Origin: a virus
DNA length: 64,000 bases
Strand: one strand, 5' to 3'
Virus record (IMG/VR): IMGVR_UViG_3300050821_008688
Coordinates: 1-64,000 of that record
The number at the start of each line of letters is the position of its first letter. Position 1 is the stretch's first letter. The position numbers and the translations under genes are program-made. Positions 8,881-19,555 of this stretch are shown here, in pieces. The notes below the pieces were generated by a model. It was not told the DNA's origin. It was given only the letters and a program-made list of their open reading frames with translations, and searched no databases.

Positions 8881-10290
8881 GTGATTACTCTAGTCAATTT
8901 GGGATTGCAAAATGAGTCAAGCATCTTCATTCCGAACGGTAGCATTAGTTTTCAGTTGAATGTTGATGCCACGGTAGTCGCGTCTCCGTTTGGTTTTGTG
9001 AGCGCGGCGGTTCCGGTGGTGTTTCAGTTGGACGCCGACGGGAATATTTTGCCGAACGCTCCGGCGACCGCTGCAATGATTTGGAGCAATGCCGAACTGA
9101 ACCCGCAGAACCAAATCGGGTTGGGTACATACTATCTCGTGACGCTGTATGACCAGAATGGCGCGCGAGTGAATTTGGAGCCAATGTGGTGGCAGTTCAC
9201 AGAGGCGGCGAACGCGACGGTCAATATTAGCGAGATGACACCGTTTGCGACGATAGGAGGTAATGTGATTTTTTATCCAACAGTTAATATAATTCCTGCG
9301 CCGACACTGACGACGCTTGGTGGAGTTTTTGCAAACGCAGGGTCTCCTAATGAGTTTGTGACTGCTATTAACACAAACGGTTCCGTTAGTTTGGCGCAGC
9401 CGTCGTTTGCGAACATTAGTGGTCAACTTACCAACGCGCAGCTTCCAAGTCCGATTATTTTTACGACCATCTCGGCTAGTGGTTTGATAACGGCGCAAGC
9501 CGGATTGCAGGTGGGTGTGGCCGGAACGACCAGCGGTCAGATTACGTTGGAGGGGTCAACATCGGGTGCAGTAACGATTACGGCTCCCGCGATTGCAGGA
9601 ACGGCGGCAAATCCGATTTTGTTTTCAAATGGTATCAATATTCCGGCAGGAACGGCGTTTTCAATTAACACGGATACAGGTTTGTCGCGCGCTTCGGCAG
9701 GCGTGATTGATGTAGGCAACGGGACTCCGGGGAACGCGTCGGGTACAGTTAATGCGGCGGCATTTACGATTGGTGGCGCTTCAATATTTGCGTCTCCGAC
9801 ATTTACAGGAACGGTGACGGCGGCGGCTGTTTCGCTATCAGGAAAAATCACAACGTACGCGGGAATTGCGACGGTCTCAGGCGGTGTGCCGATTATTGTG
9901 GCAAAAGCGTTGCTCACGAATCAATCGGCCACAATCACGGCGACGACAATTTACGCTATTCCTGTCGGTCAAAAAGGTATGTATCGAGTAGCGTATACGG
10001 CAACGATTACGACAGCGGCGGCGGGTTCTGGAAGTTCTTCAATTTTGGGAGATACGAATGGATTTCAAATCACATACACTAACGCAAATGGCGATTCCGT
10101 AGTGAAAACATCCAATCCTACCTCGCCGCAGGTAGGTGCAAGCAATACGGTAGGCGCGGCCATTTCGGGTGTGTGCTATGCATACGCAGCAGCATCTACA
10201 AATCTACAATATGAATTTGGATACTCAAGTGTGGGCACTACGCCGATGGTCTATGACCTTGTGGTTTTTGTGGAGTACCTTGGTATTTAA
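8881..10290 (+). CDS. tail fibre / spike protein
   Basis: Thr/Gly/Ala-rich beta-structured sequence in the structural module. Confidence 0.65.
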   Translation: MITLVNLGLQNESSIFIPNGSISFQLNVDATVVASPFGFVSAAVPVVFQLDADGNILPNAPATAAMIWSNAELNPQNQIGLGTYYLVTLYDQNGARVNLEPMWWQFTEAANATVNISEMTPFATIGGNVIFYPTVNIIPAPTLTTLGGVFANAGSPNEFVTAINTNGSVSLAQPSFANISGQLTNAQLPSPIIFTTISASGLITAQAGLQVGVAGTTSGQITLEGSTSGAVTITAPAIAGTAANPILFSNGINIPAGTAFSINTDTGLSRASAGVIDVGNGTPGNASGTVNAAAFTIGGASIFASPTFTGTVTAAAVSLSGKITTYAGIATVSGGVPIIVAKALLTNQSATITATTIYAIPVGQKGMYRVAYTATITTAAAGSGSSSILGDTNGFQITYTNANGDSVVKTSNPTSPQVGASNTVGAAISGVCYAYAAASTNLQYEFGYSSVGTTPMVYDLVVFVEYLGI

Positions 10291-10301
10291 TCGGAGGAAA
10301 T

Positions 10302-11453
10302 ATGGCGGTTCGATATCTTGATGGTGCTATCGTAACATATGATTTGTCTACAAATACTTTTCAGCCGTCTGCGACACTCGTAACGTCGTCTCCGGGGGAA
10401 TTGTCTGTTTACGACCCAATCACTGGTATTTTGGGTCCATCAACGACTCTTCTTTCTCAACTTGCGCTGCTTGCATCTCCTGCGCTTACCGGGACACCGA
10501 CCGCGCCGACCGCCGCCCCACTCAACGATTCCACACAAATTGGAACCACGGCATACACAGACTCTGCCGTTGCTGTGGAGACTGCGCGGGCTGAAGCCGC
10601 AGAGGCACTAAAAGCTCCGCTAGCGTCGCCCGCCTTAACTGGAGTTCCGACTGCTCCAACGGCGTCACTCGGTACGAATACTACTCAGATTGCGACTACG
10701 GCTTTTGTGTTGGCTAACGCAACACCGGAGATGGTGTCTTCAGTATTTGGGCGCATCGGGGCAATCGTGGCGGTTTCAGGCGACTACTCTGTGGCGCAAG
10801 TTACTGGTGCGGCACCGCTGGCATCTCCGGCATTCACTGGGGTACCTACGGCTCCAACAGCTTCAGCGGGAACCAATACAACTCAAATCGCGACGACTGC
10901 GTTTGATACTGCCGCCGTTGCTGTTGAAACGTCTCGCGCGGAGGCCGCTGAAGGCTTGCTCGCTCCGAAAAATTCGCCTACGTTTACGGGAACGGTTTCA
11001 GGAATTACGGCAGCGATGGTGGGGGCGGATGTATCTGGCGCAGCCGCGACTGCTCAGTCTAACGCGGAAACTTTCGCTACATCGGCGGTAAACACAGAAA
11101 CCTCGCGTGCGGAGGGGGTTGAGTCTTCGCTATCTGGGCAGATAACAGCAGAAACTTCTGCGCGCGCGGCTGCTGATGCACTGCGTCCTGAAGTATACAG
11201 TATATCGGGAGCAGCAGCGTCAAATCCAAAAATTGTAACTGGTAGTGCCACTATTGGTGGCGGCGGGACAGTAACAATTACGTTGACGGGAAGCGCGGTG
11301 TTTTCGTCTGCGACTTCGTATTATGCTCTCTGTACGAACATGACTTCAAACGCTGTAAATCATGGAAACTTTGTAACTCAATCAAGCGGAAGTAGTTTTA
11401 TTATTAACGGTGCCAGTGGAGACGTTGTGAACTTCTACGCGATTGGGAACTAA
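10302..11453 (+). CDS. tail fibre protein with PLASPALTGxPTAPT...TTQIATTAF repeats
   Basis: Three full copies of the classic fibre repeat plus ETSRAE coiled segments. Confidence 0.85.
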   Translation: MAVRYLDGAIVTYDLSTNTFQPSATLVTSSPGELSVYDPITGILGPSTTLLSQLALLASPALTGTPTAPTAAPLNDSTQIGTTAYTDSAVAVETARAEAAEALKAPLASPALTGVPTAPTASLGTNTTQIATTAFVLANATPEMVSSVFGRIGAIVAVSGDYSVAQVTGAAPLASPAFTGVPTAPTASAGTNTTQIATTAFDTAAVAVETSRAEAAEGLLAPKNSPTFTGTVSGITAAMVGADVSGAAATAQSNAETFATSAVNTETSRAEGVESSLSGQITAETSARAAADALRPEVYSISGAAASNPKIVTGSATIGGGGTVTITLTGSAVFSSATSYYALCTNMTSNAVNHGNFVTQSSGSSFIINGASGDVVNFYAIGN

Positions 11454-11464
11454 GGGGGTGTGTC

Positions 11465-11716
11465 ATGAGTGAGTTTGCAAAAGAGAACCTGTGTTGCGAG
11501 GATTATGAGGCGATGTGTTGCGCGCAGGCGAAGCAGTTGGAACAGGCGGGCTGGGTGCGCAGCTATGGCCCGGACGGCCCCGGCTGGTGTCCTCCTGACG
11601 GCGGGGAGTGCGTATGCACGTATGACGCGTGGGTGAAGGCAACGGATACGCCGACCGATTTGCATCTCGGTATTGATAAAGAACCGCCAGCCCCGGTGTA
11701 TCACAAGCCGTTTTAA
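11465..11716 (+). CDS. small Cys-rich hypothetical protein
   Basis: ORF only. Confidence 0.45.
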   Translation: MSEFAKENLCCEDYEAMCCAQAKQLEQAGWVRSYGPDGPGWCPPDGGECVCTYDAWVKATDTPTDLHLGIDKEPPAPVYHKPF

Positions 11717-11732
11717 GACTTTTTCTTCTATT
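11716..11732 (+). promoter_or_regulatory. putative late promoter motif, copy 5
   Basis: AGACT-TTTTC-TTCTATT. Confidence 0.7.
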
Positions 11733-11760
11733 ATTGTAGGGCGTCTGCCCTCCAAAAAAC

Positions 11761-14700
11761 ATGGCACGAAAAGTAGGTCCAGCGAGCGACCCTGCTCTTG
11801 CTATAGAATTTTTTCTGAGTGGGTTCTATACCTATCGCTCACAGTTATTTGCCCCGTTCAAGGGTATTGGTGTCAACGTTGTTAGCTTCCATGACCCCGT
11901 GATAGACGGGGCCAATATGGAAGACATTGATTTGTTTGAGTGGCAGCGTCGTCCCGGTTATTCTATTTATTGTTCGCAGCCGCTCGCCAGCAACGAAGTC
12001 GTTAACGAATTTTACAGCATGCGGAATCTGAATGGTCAGGTCATTTCTTTTTTTGATTCTACTACGCGGCTTGCAACTTTTACGCCTACCACAATCACCT
12101 CGGTGATTCCCAAGACTGGAAGTAACGAAGGATTTATCACCAGCGTTGAAAACATGGTGTATTTTTCAGACGGCGTTTCGGTGGATACGCAGAAGTGGGA
12201 TTCTGCACTTCCGTTCTCCTCAATTAATCCATCAACTTGGGGTCTTACTGCACCAACCCTGACTCCCACAATTTTTAGTCAAGGATGCTGGTTGCCGTTT
12301 GTTGGGAAGAATTTGAATAATGCAATTCTTGACCCGAATGGAAACGTAGAGGTCGTCACAAAAGTTTACGGAGCGTCTGGAGTCACAGGAGCAAACCAAC
12401 CGCTATGGCCTACGACCGTATCGTCCACCATTAATGATGGGTCAGTTCAGTGGACGAATATGGGACCGTTGGAAACTTGGCTTCCCGCTACGTTTTTCCC
12501 CGTCCCTGTGGTTGTGTTGGACACGAATGGAAATTTGCAATTGGCGCAAGCGACATCACCAGCGGTTTTGGCATGGAGTGCGGCTACACCATATACGGTA
12601 GGTATTACCGTTTCATTTGCAGGCGAGTATTGGACTTCTTTAGCGGCGAATACGGGCGTCGCGCCATCTGCAAACTATACCGTTACCGCAGGGGGCGTCA
12701 CTCAACCCTACTGGGTTCAGGCTCAAAATCCAAGTCAAACCGGCATATATCCAACAACCCCGTACGTTCCCGCGTGGAATCAGACAGTCGGCGGAACCAC
12801 CACGGATGGAAACTATACGTGGATAAATCTTGGACCGGGAAATCTTGTTGAGTCTTTTGGTACATCGTACGTTTATTGTTTCCGTACCATCTATGGGCAT
12901 TTGACGACCGCATCTCCAGTGAGCCTTAACACGGGAAGTATTTTTGGTCCGGTTGTTGCGACGATTACAGGATTCTCCATTGCTGGGAATACTGTTACAT
13001 TTTTGGGAGTGAACAACTTTATTCCCGGAAATGTCTTCAGTGTTCAGGGGCTAACCACGGGTGTGTATCTTAACAATCAGCCGTTTACTGTGCTAGCTGC
13101 GGGTTTGAGTCCAACTCAGTTCTCCGCCGTGTTTGATTTCCCTAACGTGGGGGCAACAATTGACTCGGGGTCCACGGAAAATTTGATTGCGGCGATTACG
13201 GGAGTCGGAACCACGTCTCCGCTGTGCAATGCTGTTGTAGCTATCAGCGCGACTTCAGTTCTGGATGGGGTGGTAACTGTTTTTTCGGTGAACAACTTCG
13301 TTCCCGGACTTCAAGTAACTTTCGCGGGACTGACTGTTGCAACATTTTTGAATGGACTTCAGTTTGAAATTATTAACGTTGACCCTCTTGGGCAATGGTT
13401 TCAAGTTTTTTTCACAAACGCACTCGGAGTGGTTCCACCCAATCAAAGTCAAACTACTGACACCGGTACCGCGACATTTAACGCTATTGAAATCTACAGA
13501 ACAAGCGATGGCGGCGGCATATATCTTTTCACGGGTGCGGTTACGAATCCTACGGGGTCAACTACTATTCCGTTTGACTCGGGAATCTCCACAGCAGGCG
13601 TCGGAACAGACAACGGTATTCCCGGTACGTTCGTGTGGGTTAATCCGAACAACGTTACGAGCGCGACTTTGTATGCCACAGTGACTGTACCTACTCCGGT
13701 CGGCAGCGGTAGCGGGCGGTTTAGCGCGGTTCAGACGTGTCAAAATATTTCTTCAGGTTTTACTGCTCCGTCGGTGTCTGCGACTTTTCCTGCGAACGTG
13801 ACGGCAGGAAACTCTCTTCTCGTTCATGTGGTGACGTACGACTTGACGAGTTGGACTATCGGCGACAATCAAGGAAACGTCTACGTTCAAATTGCGCAGC
13901 AGGTGGCTCCTAACGACCACGGTGTTGTAACGGATACAGTTTACAAGGTTGCTAATCCAGCGGCAGGGCCGACAACAGTGAAGTTGACCCCAGTATTTAC
14001 GAGCGATAATAACGACTTTTTTGGTTTTCAGGCTGTGGAGTGCAGCGGGCTTAACGGTACGGTAGAAGCACCTGCATCCGTTTTTCAAGCGTCGGGCACA
14101 ACACTCAACTCCGGGACAATTACAACGTCGGCTACAGCTACGGTGGTTTTTAGTTTTATTTGGAGCGACTTGTCAACTAATTCGGGTAACGTAGCTACGC
14201 AGCCTGCGGCATATTTATCTGCGGGAAATCAGACGGTATTTGATGCGGCGGATGGTAACACGTTCCAGCAGATGGCGGTTGCGTATCAGGTTCAGTCGGC
14301 TACTGGAACTTTTTCACCGATATGGGCTACACCTGCGAACAGTAAAGGTATCGGGATTACGATTGCTCTGGACCTATCTTTGTTTGCGCCGTCTGACGGT
14401 TTGAATGCGGAGCAGTTTAATTTTTCTGTTCCTCCGGCGATTGCTGTTGCGGGGATTACGATTGAGTTTGACTCGTTCTTTACTGGTACTCCGGGATTCG
14501 GAATTTTGGATGTCCAGTTGCTCAATGCAGGCAACCCCGTAGGCACTGTTATGCAGGTTGCTCTGACGAATGCAGTTCAAACATACACGTTGGGAGGCCC
14601 GACCAATTTGTGGGGCACGACGTGGACTCCCACTAATTTTAATTCTTCCGCGTGGGGTGTGCAGTTTACCGCGACGCAACTGACGGGCGGAACAAACGCC

Positions 14701-17133
14701 ACGTTTAGTGTGCGCAACGTTCGCGCACGCCTCGTGGGTGGAACGAGTACGACAGGTTGGGTCTTTAATGACTTTACGACGGACGCGAATTTGGATATTT
14801 TGCAGATTGCGCCGCAGAATCATTTGAATGACCCGCCTCCGGGCGCACCGGGGTCATCGGTCAATCAAGTTGTTGGCACACTGACTGCATACTGGCAGGG
14901 TCGTATCTGGATGTGTGTTGGAAACTTCGTTTATTTTGACGCGGGTCCAGACTGCGTAAACGGAGTGCCTGAAGAATCGTGGCCTCCTGCAAATCGGTTC
15001 CAGTTTGTAGGTCCGACGCTTGGTCTTGAACCGACAGCAGATGGTGTTGGATTGCTTGTCTATTTGGCCGACCGCGTGAACGCGATTCTAGGTGGTCCTG
15101 AAACGATTAGTTTCTATGCTACGGACGCGCTTAATAACTTTGGAATCTCAAATCCGAATGCGATTTTCAAAGACGGTTCAACCATCGGACAATTCACAAC
15201 TCAGAAACAATACTTTGAGCTAATTGAGAGTCAGAAAATACAGGTAGGCGAGCACATCGCCGATTATCTGACGGCCAATTTTAGCCCGCTTACCACGTTT
15301 GCGACTATGCATCGCAACGGGCTCGATGTCGGAGTATTTCTCAGCAACGGAGTAGACCGAATTGTGCGCTACGGAAGTAATATCAGCGCGTGGAGTGTTC
15401 CGGCGTTCCCGATTGGCGGCGCTGGCGCGCTGCGGTCCATTGAAACAGCCGTGGGCACGTACAGTCTGATGTTGGGCTCGCCCACTGGCGGTGCTACGGT
15501 GTCTACTTCGCTTACGAACCCGAGCGTAGGCGCGAGTGTTGGAACAGGCGTCGCGTGGCTGACTCCGGGTAATATTACGGCAGGAAATCCTACGAGTTAT
15601 GCGACGGTGACGTTAAGTTCAGCGTCGGTAGTGCCGAGCGAGAACAATGCGACGAACGGATTTACACCGACTGGGGCTACGGCGGTCACAACAATAACTC
15701 CGGTGGTAACACCGATTAATGTGGGCGATACCGCGTTCATGATGTTCTATGTGCAGAACGAGGCGGGTAACTCAGACCAAACCATCATTTCTGGCATCAC
15801 AGATAATTTGGGAAATAACTGGCAGCTTCTTTTTCCTACGCAGAACCCGAGTGCGCATTTGTTTTTTCAGGTATTCTATGCGCGAATGGGAACCGCAGTT
15901 CCTTTGTTGTCAACGCTGACTATCACGGCTGCGGTGGCATTTCATACAGAAGCGGTGGTCAATTATGCGTCTTTTGCGAATTTTACAAATCTTGGCGCGT
16001 TGAATTCTACGCAACAGCGAATCTCAGTGGCATCGACGGACCCGGTGAGTGGTCCTGCAATAACGATTACGCAACAGGAATTTCTGATGTCTTTTGTATT
16101 TGTTTATGAAGGCAACATTCCGTTGACGGGACCAACCGGGTGGACACAGGACAATACTAATTTTGGGCATCCAAATACATCCGTGGTTTCAGATTCAGCC
16201 GCATGGATATTAGAGCCTGCGGGAACATATGCAGACCAGTGGACTAGTGGTGGTAGCGCCGATGCGTGGGGTGCGAATCTTGCGGCATTTATAGTACCGG
16301 CCACTGTGCCTTCTGTTTCGCAAAGTTTGCAAGGTAGCCAGTATCCGCTGAATATTCCTCCTGACGCTATTGTGCAGGGTGTTGAAGTGTCTATCACGGG
16401 AAAAACCACAAACACAGGTATTACTATGAGCGTGACTCCGGCGAATGCGGCGGTTGGCGCAGAGGCGGATGCGTTCAGTTTGACGGCTTCAAATACGACT
16501 CAAGTTTTTGGTGGACCGCTAGACCTGTGGGGTATGTCTGCATGGTTGAATCCCTCCGCGCTTAATGCCGGAACATTTGGTTTTAATGTAGTGGCGTCTG
16601 CTGTTGGAATTTCGGGAACAGTGTCTATTTCAGAAGTTCAAGTCGCGGTTTTTTATACGACACCCGGAAGCTATCTGCGATACCGTGATACTACTACATG
16701 GGCGGATAATGGCCTGACGGGACAGAACAATGGAACTTCGTATTCTGAGTGCTACATCACAGTCGGAAGTATCACACTGTCTCAACCCGGCGCGCCGATG
16801 TTTCCATTGCAGCATGTGGTTGGATATTTTGACGCGGTTGGAACGCTCCACAACGGCGGTTCATCGTGGCCGGATATTTGGATTCTGCCAAATGAAGTTA
16901 GTGACACGAAGGGTATCGGATTTGTGTTTCTGCCGGAAACTCTTCAGGAGCCTCCGGTCGGACAAAATAAGCCGTCAACTTCGCTGTTGGCTTTGCGGTG
17001 GCCGGTGAATATGATGAACAGTGATTTGGCATCACAGTACGTGCATCATCTGCAAGTGAAGATTTCGTTTGACCCGGAGAACGCGCCGAATACTATCAAG
17101 GCGATATCGTTCAAAGAAAACCAGAGCGATTAA
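11761..17133 (+). CDS. large tail hub/nozzle protein (P22 gp10 / tubular-B-like) with inserted carbohydrate-binding-like modules
   Basis: 1790 aa; N-terminal RRPG motif, propeller-like segments (YWQGRIW), a CBM5/12-like motif and internal duplications; precedes the GNAT and ejection genes. Confidence 0.7.
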   Translation: MARKVGPASDPALAIEFFLSGFYTYRSQLFAPFKGIGVNVVSFHDPVIDGANMEDIDLFEWQRRPGYSIYCSQPLASNEVVNEFYSMRNLNGQVISFFDSTTRLATFTPTTITSVIPKTGSNEGFITSVENMVYFSDGVSVDTQKWDSALPFSSINPSTWGLTAPTLTPTIFSQGCWLPFVGKNLNNAILDPNGNVEVVTKVYGASGVTGANQPLWPTTVSSTINDGSVQWTNMGPLETWLPATFFPVPVVVLDTNGNLQLAQATSPAVLAWSAATPYTVGITVSFAGEYWTSLAANTGVAPSANYTVTAGGVTQPYWVQAQNPSQTGIYPTTPYVPAWNQTVGGTTTDGNYTWINLGPGNLVESFGTSYVYCFRTIYGHLTTASPVSLNTGSIFGPVVATITGFSIAGNTVTFLGVNNFIPGNVFSVQGLTTGVYLNNQPFTVLAAGLSPTQFSAVFDFPNVGATIDSGSTENLIAAITGVGTTSPLCNAVVAISATSVLDGVVTVFSVNNFVPGLQVTFAGLTVATFLNGLQFEIINVDPLGQWFQVFFTNALGVVPPNQSQTTDTGTATFNAIEIYRTSDGGGIYLFTGAVTNPTGSTTIPFDSGISTAGVGTDNGIPGTFVWVNPNNVTSATLYATVTVPTPVGSGSGRFSAVQTCQNISSGFTAPSVSATFPANVTAGNSLLVHVVTYDLTSWTIGDNQGNVYVQIAQQVAPNDHGVVTDTVYKVANPAAGPTTVKLTPVFTSDNNDFFGFQAVECSGLNGTVEAPASVFQASGTTLNSGTITTSATATVVFSFIWSDLSTNSGNVATQPAAYLSAGNQTVFDAADGNTFQQMAVAYQVQSATGTFSPIWATPANSKGIGITIALDLSLFAPSDGLNAEQFNFSVPPAIAVAGITIEFDSFFTGTPGFGILDVQLLNAGNPVGTVMQVALTNAVQTYTLGGPTNLWGTTWTPTNFNSSAWGVQFTATQLTGGTNATFSVRNVRARLVGGTSTTGWVFNDFTTDANLDILQIAPQNHLNDPPPGAPGSSVNQVVGTLTAYWQGRIWMCVGNFVYFDAGPDCVNGVPEESWPPANRFQFVGPTLGLEPTADGVGLLVYLADRVNAILGGPETISFYATDALNNFGISNPNAIFKDGSTIGQFTTQKQYFELIESQKIQVGEHIADYLTANFSPLTTFATMHRNGLDVGVFLSNGVDRIVRYGSNISAWSVPAFPIGGAGALRSIETAVGTYSLMLGSPTGGATVSTSLTNPSVGASVGTGVAWLTPGNITAGNPTSYATVTLSSASVVPSENNATNGFTPTGATAVTTITPVVTPINVGDTAFMMFYVQNEAGNSDQTIISGITDNLGNNWQLLFPTQNPSAHLFFQVFYARMGTAVPLLSTLTITAAVAFHTEAVVNYASFANFTNLGALNSTQQRISVASTDPVSGPAITITQQEFLMSFVFVYEGNIPLTGPTGWTQDNTNFGHPNTSVVSDSAAWILEPAGTYADQWTSGGSADAWGANLAAFIVPATVPSVSQSLQGSQYPLNIPPDAIVQGVEVSITGKTTNTGITMSVTPANAAVGAEADAFSLTASNTTQVFGGPLDLWGMSAWLNPSALNAGTFGFNVVASAVGISGTVSISEVQVAVFYTTPGSYLRYRDTTTWADNGLTGQNNGTSYSECYITVGSITLSQPGAPMFPLQHVVGYFDAVGTLHNGGSSWPDIWILPNEVSDTKGIGFVFLPETLQEPPVGQNKPSTSLLALRWPVNMMNSDLASQYVHHLQVKISFDPENAPNTIKAISFKENQSD

Positions 17134-17144
17134 GGAAAAAATAA

Positions 17145-17627
17145 ATGTCGGATATAGACACAGTCATTGAAGCGACTACTAAGTTTCCGGGAGGAGTCCC
17201 GAGAGACCCGATTGTTTGGCCTGCGCGTCGGCATGTGGATAACCAGATAGAGCAAACGAAAGGTAGCGCGAAGCCTCAAGCTGCGTTTGTGCTCCCGACC
17301 ACACAGCCGAACCAATCAAGTGTGCCGCCTCGTACAACTCCGCAACCGGTATCACACGTTCGTGTGATTCTGCGTCACGGAGTCGGTCAGAAGACGGTGA
17401 CGGTTCAGTTTAATCATCCGATGGGAGACCCATATTTTCAAGGAGCCTCGGTATATCTGAAAAAAGCAAACCAGCAACCGACACTGGTTGCTAGTGGCGC
17501 GAAATCACCGTTGACATTTACGACTCCGAACGACCCTGCGCCGCATGCAGTGTATGTAAGCAGTGATGGTAACTGGGGCTCAACGAACGTTTTAACCAGT
17601 CCGTCGCATCCTGTTCAATTGAGGTAA
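17145..17627 (+). CDS. virion protein with FN3/Ig-like C-terminus
   Basis: Beta-rich C-terminal domain in the tail module. Confidence 0.55.
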   Translation: MSDIDTVIEATTKFPGGVPRDPIVWPARRHVDNQIEQTKGSAKPQAAFVLPTTQPNQSSVPPRTTPQPVSHVRVILRHGVGQKTVTVQFNHPMGDPYFQGASVYLKKANQQPTLVASGAKSPLTFTTPNDPAPHAVYVSSDGNWGSTNVLTSPSHPVQLR

Positions 17628-17631
17628 ATTA

Positions 17632-17648
17632 AGACTTTTCTATCTATT
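17632..17648 (+). promoter_or_regulatory. putative late promoter motif, copy 6
   Basis: AGACT-TTTCT-ATCTATT. Confidence 0.65.
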
Positions 17649-17663
17649 AGTGAGGAGCATTAT

Positions 17664-18092
17664 ATGAGCGAATGTAAATTTCGTTTGGCGGAACCGAAGG
17701 ATGCAAAGGCGTTCGCTAACTGGGCAGCAACAAACCCTTTAGTAGAGCAGAAAGATTTGCTGGCATGCTTGAAACAGAACAATCCTACGACTGTGTTTTT
17801 TGTGGCCGAAGAGGATGGCATCGCGGTTGCGTTTGCACCGCTATACTGCCAGATGGCTCTGGGGTATTTGGGCTTCAATCCGACGACAGACTCTGAGCAA
17901 CGAAAGCGCGCGCTGAAAGTTTTGATGGACGGAGCGATGGCGTTCGCAGTGCAGATGGGAGTCCGAGAGATAACGACGCTCACAAAGGACAAATACCCCG
18001 TGGCGCGGTGGGCTTCAACTCACGGCTTCGTTAAAGACGAGCGACAGTTGTTTAAGCTGGATATCAATCGGGTAATGGCTAGCGAGGCGTAA
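17664..18092 (+). CDS. GNAT-fold acetyltransferase-like protein
   Basis: FRLAEPKD, FFVAEEDG and A..HGF motifs; typical position between tail and ejection genes. Confidence 0.75.
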   Translation: MSECKFRLAEPKDAKAFANWAATNPLVEQKDLLACLKQNNPTTVFFVAEEDGIAVAFAPLYCQMALGYLGFNPTTDSEQRKRALKVLMDGAMAFAVQMGVREITTLTKDKYPVARWASTHGFVKDERQLFKLDINRVMASEA

Positions 18093-18093
18093 A

Positions 18094-18726
18094 ATGTGTT
18101 CAGGTAGCGCACAAGTACAACAGACCGACCAAGCATTGCAGAATTCTCAAGCTGCAATGACGAATACCCTGAACCAAGATTATTCCACGACTTTTGGTGA
18201 GCAGCAAAGCGTGTTGAAAAATTTGCAGGCGAAGATGAATTATGAAGCGGCGAACCCGATGGGTTATACGCCGCAACAGTTGGCAGGAGCGACGACTGCG
18301 ATTAATGAAAACACGGCAACCGCTGCGCGACAAGCTATCGGTTCGGCGGCAGCATACGCGGCGTCACACGGTGGCGCAGACGTTGGAAGCGGGGCGGCGG
18401 GTGAAATCGCCGGTCAGATTGGCACAGCGGCTGCGCTAAGTAAGTCGCAGCAACTGTCTTCACTAGCGCAACAGAATCAGGGGATGAAACAACAGAATTT
18501 TTGGAACGCTATCAGCGGTCTTAATAGCGTGGGTAGTGAGTATGGTGGCGCAGGCGGTACCGCGATTGGTGGTGCAGGTAATGCGGCAAACACTTCGGTG
18601 GGCGCAGGTAGCGGTGCTCTCGCGGCAGGCCAGTCCACGATGACGGATATTGGTAGCTTGTTGAGTGGAATTGCGGGGGCGGGCATGGCTGGAGCGGGTA
18701 TTATGAAAGCCATTCCCGGTCTTTAG
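18094..18726 (+). CDS. DNA ejection / internal virion protein (P22 gp7-like)
   Basis: MC start, Gly/Ala/Gln-rich, hydrophobic Gly-rich C-terminus. Confidence 0.7.
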   Translation: MCSGSAQVQQTDQALQNSQAAMTNTLNQDYSTTFGEQQSVLKNLQAKMNYEAANPMGYTPQQLAGATTAINENTATAARQAIGSAAAYAASHGGADVGSGAAGEIAGQIGTAAALSKSQQLSSLAQQNQGMKQQNFWNAISGLNSVGSEYGGAGGTAIGGAGNAANTSVGAGSGALAAGQSTMTDIGSLLSGIAGAGMAGAGIMKAIPGL

Positions 18727-18805
18727 CTCAATACCGAATAGTCAAGGGGAAGCGTGGACCACGGACCCGAATACTACGGCGCAAATGTCATAAGTGGAGT
18801 TTGAA

Positions 18806-19543
18806 ATGGCTGATAAAGTTAATCTTCAAAAAAGCTATAGCGCGCTCAACGAGAAGTTGGCGAAACAGTTTGACGAGAGTGGCGTCAAACGTTCGTTTAC
18901 GGTGCCGTATATTGATGGACAGGGTATGACCGAGCATGTTCAGGCAGTAGGTGCTGCCGCTGCGCAGGCGGGCGGGCTCACTAAAAATCTTTTGACGACT
19001 ATGCATCATTCGGAGGGAAAAGGTTGGGGCAGTGGTGATGGACACACCGTAGGACATCCTGCCGATTCTTTGCGGAGTACGATTATTCCGAAAGACAACG
19101 AGCACGCGAAAGCGACAATTGATGCCGCGCAAACGCACTTGAACAACATCAAGAAACTGTTGGGGGATGAAGACCCCACGGTGAAGGTTGCTCAAGGCCA
19201 GCTTAATCTGGTGAAAAAGGGAGACGGGGCCGGAATGAATTTACTGGATTTTGGAGTGATGCTTGTACAGGTGATGCACGCGCCTAATCAAGCCGTGGCG
19301 CGAGCGCACAACGACACGAAAAGTAATGGTGCGGGCCATCCGAAACTGCAAGCCCCCGGTAGCGCGCCGCAAGAACCCCCGGAAGGCGGTGCTGGCAGTG
19401 CTGGTGGAGGTGCTGGCGAGCCTCAACCCGCGCAGGAAGGGGCAGAACCAGCGGCAGGAGCCCAACCAGAAGCAGCGGCTGGCGCAGCCGCACCAGAAGC
19501 CCAAGCTGCACCGGGAGCCGCCCCTGCGACTCCACAAGCGTAA
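18806..19543 (+). CDS. internal virion protein with disordered P/A/E/Q tail
   Basis: Synteny and composition. Confidence 0.6.
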   Translation: MADKVNLQKSYSALNEKLAKQFDESGVKRSFTVPYIDGQGMTEHVQAVGAAAAQAGGLTKNLLTTMHHSEGKGWGSGDGHTVGHPADSLRSTIIPKDNEHAKATIDAAQTHLNNIKKLLGDEDPTVKVAQGQLNLVKKGDGAGMNLLDFGVMLVQVMHAPNQAVARAHNDTKSNGAGHPKLQAPGSAPQEPPEGGAGSAGGGAGEPQPAQEGAEPAAGAQPEAAAGAAAPEAQAAPGAAPATPQA

Positions 19544-19555
19544 ATGGAGAGTATT

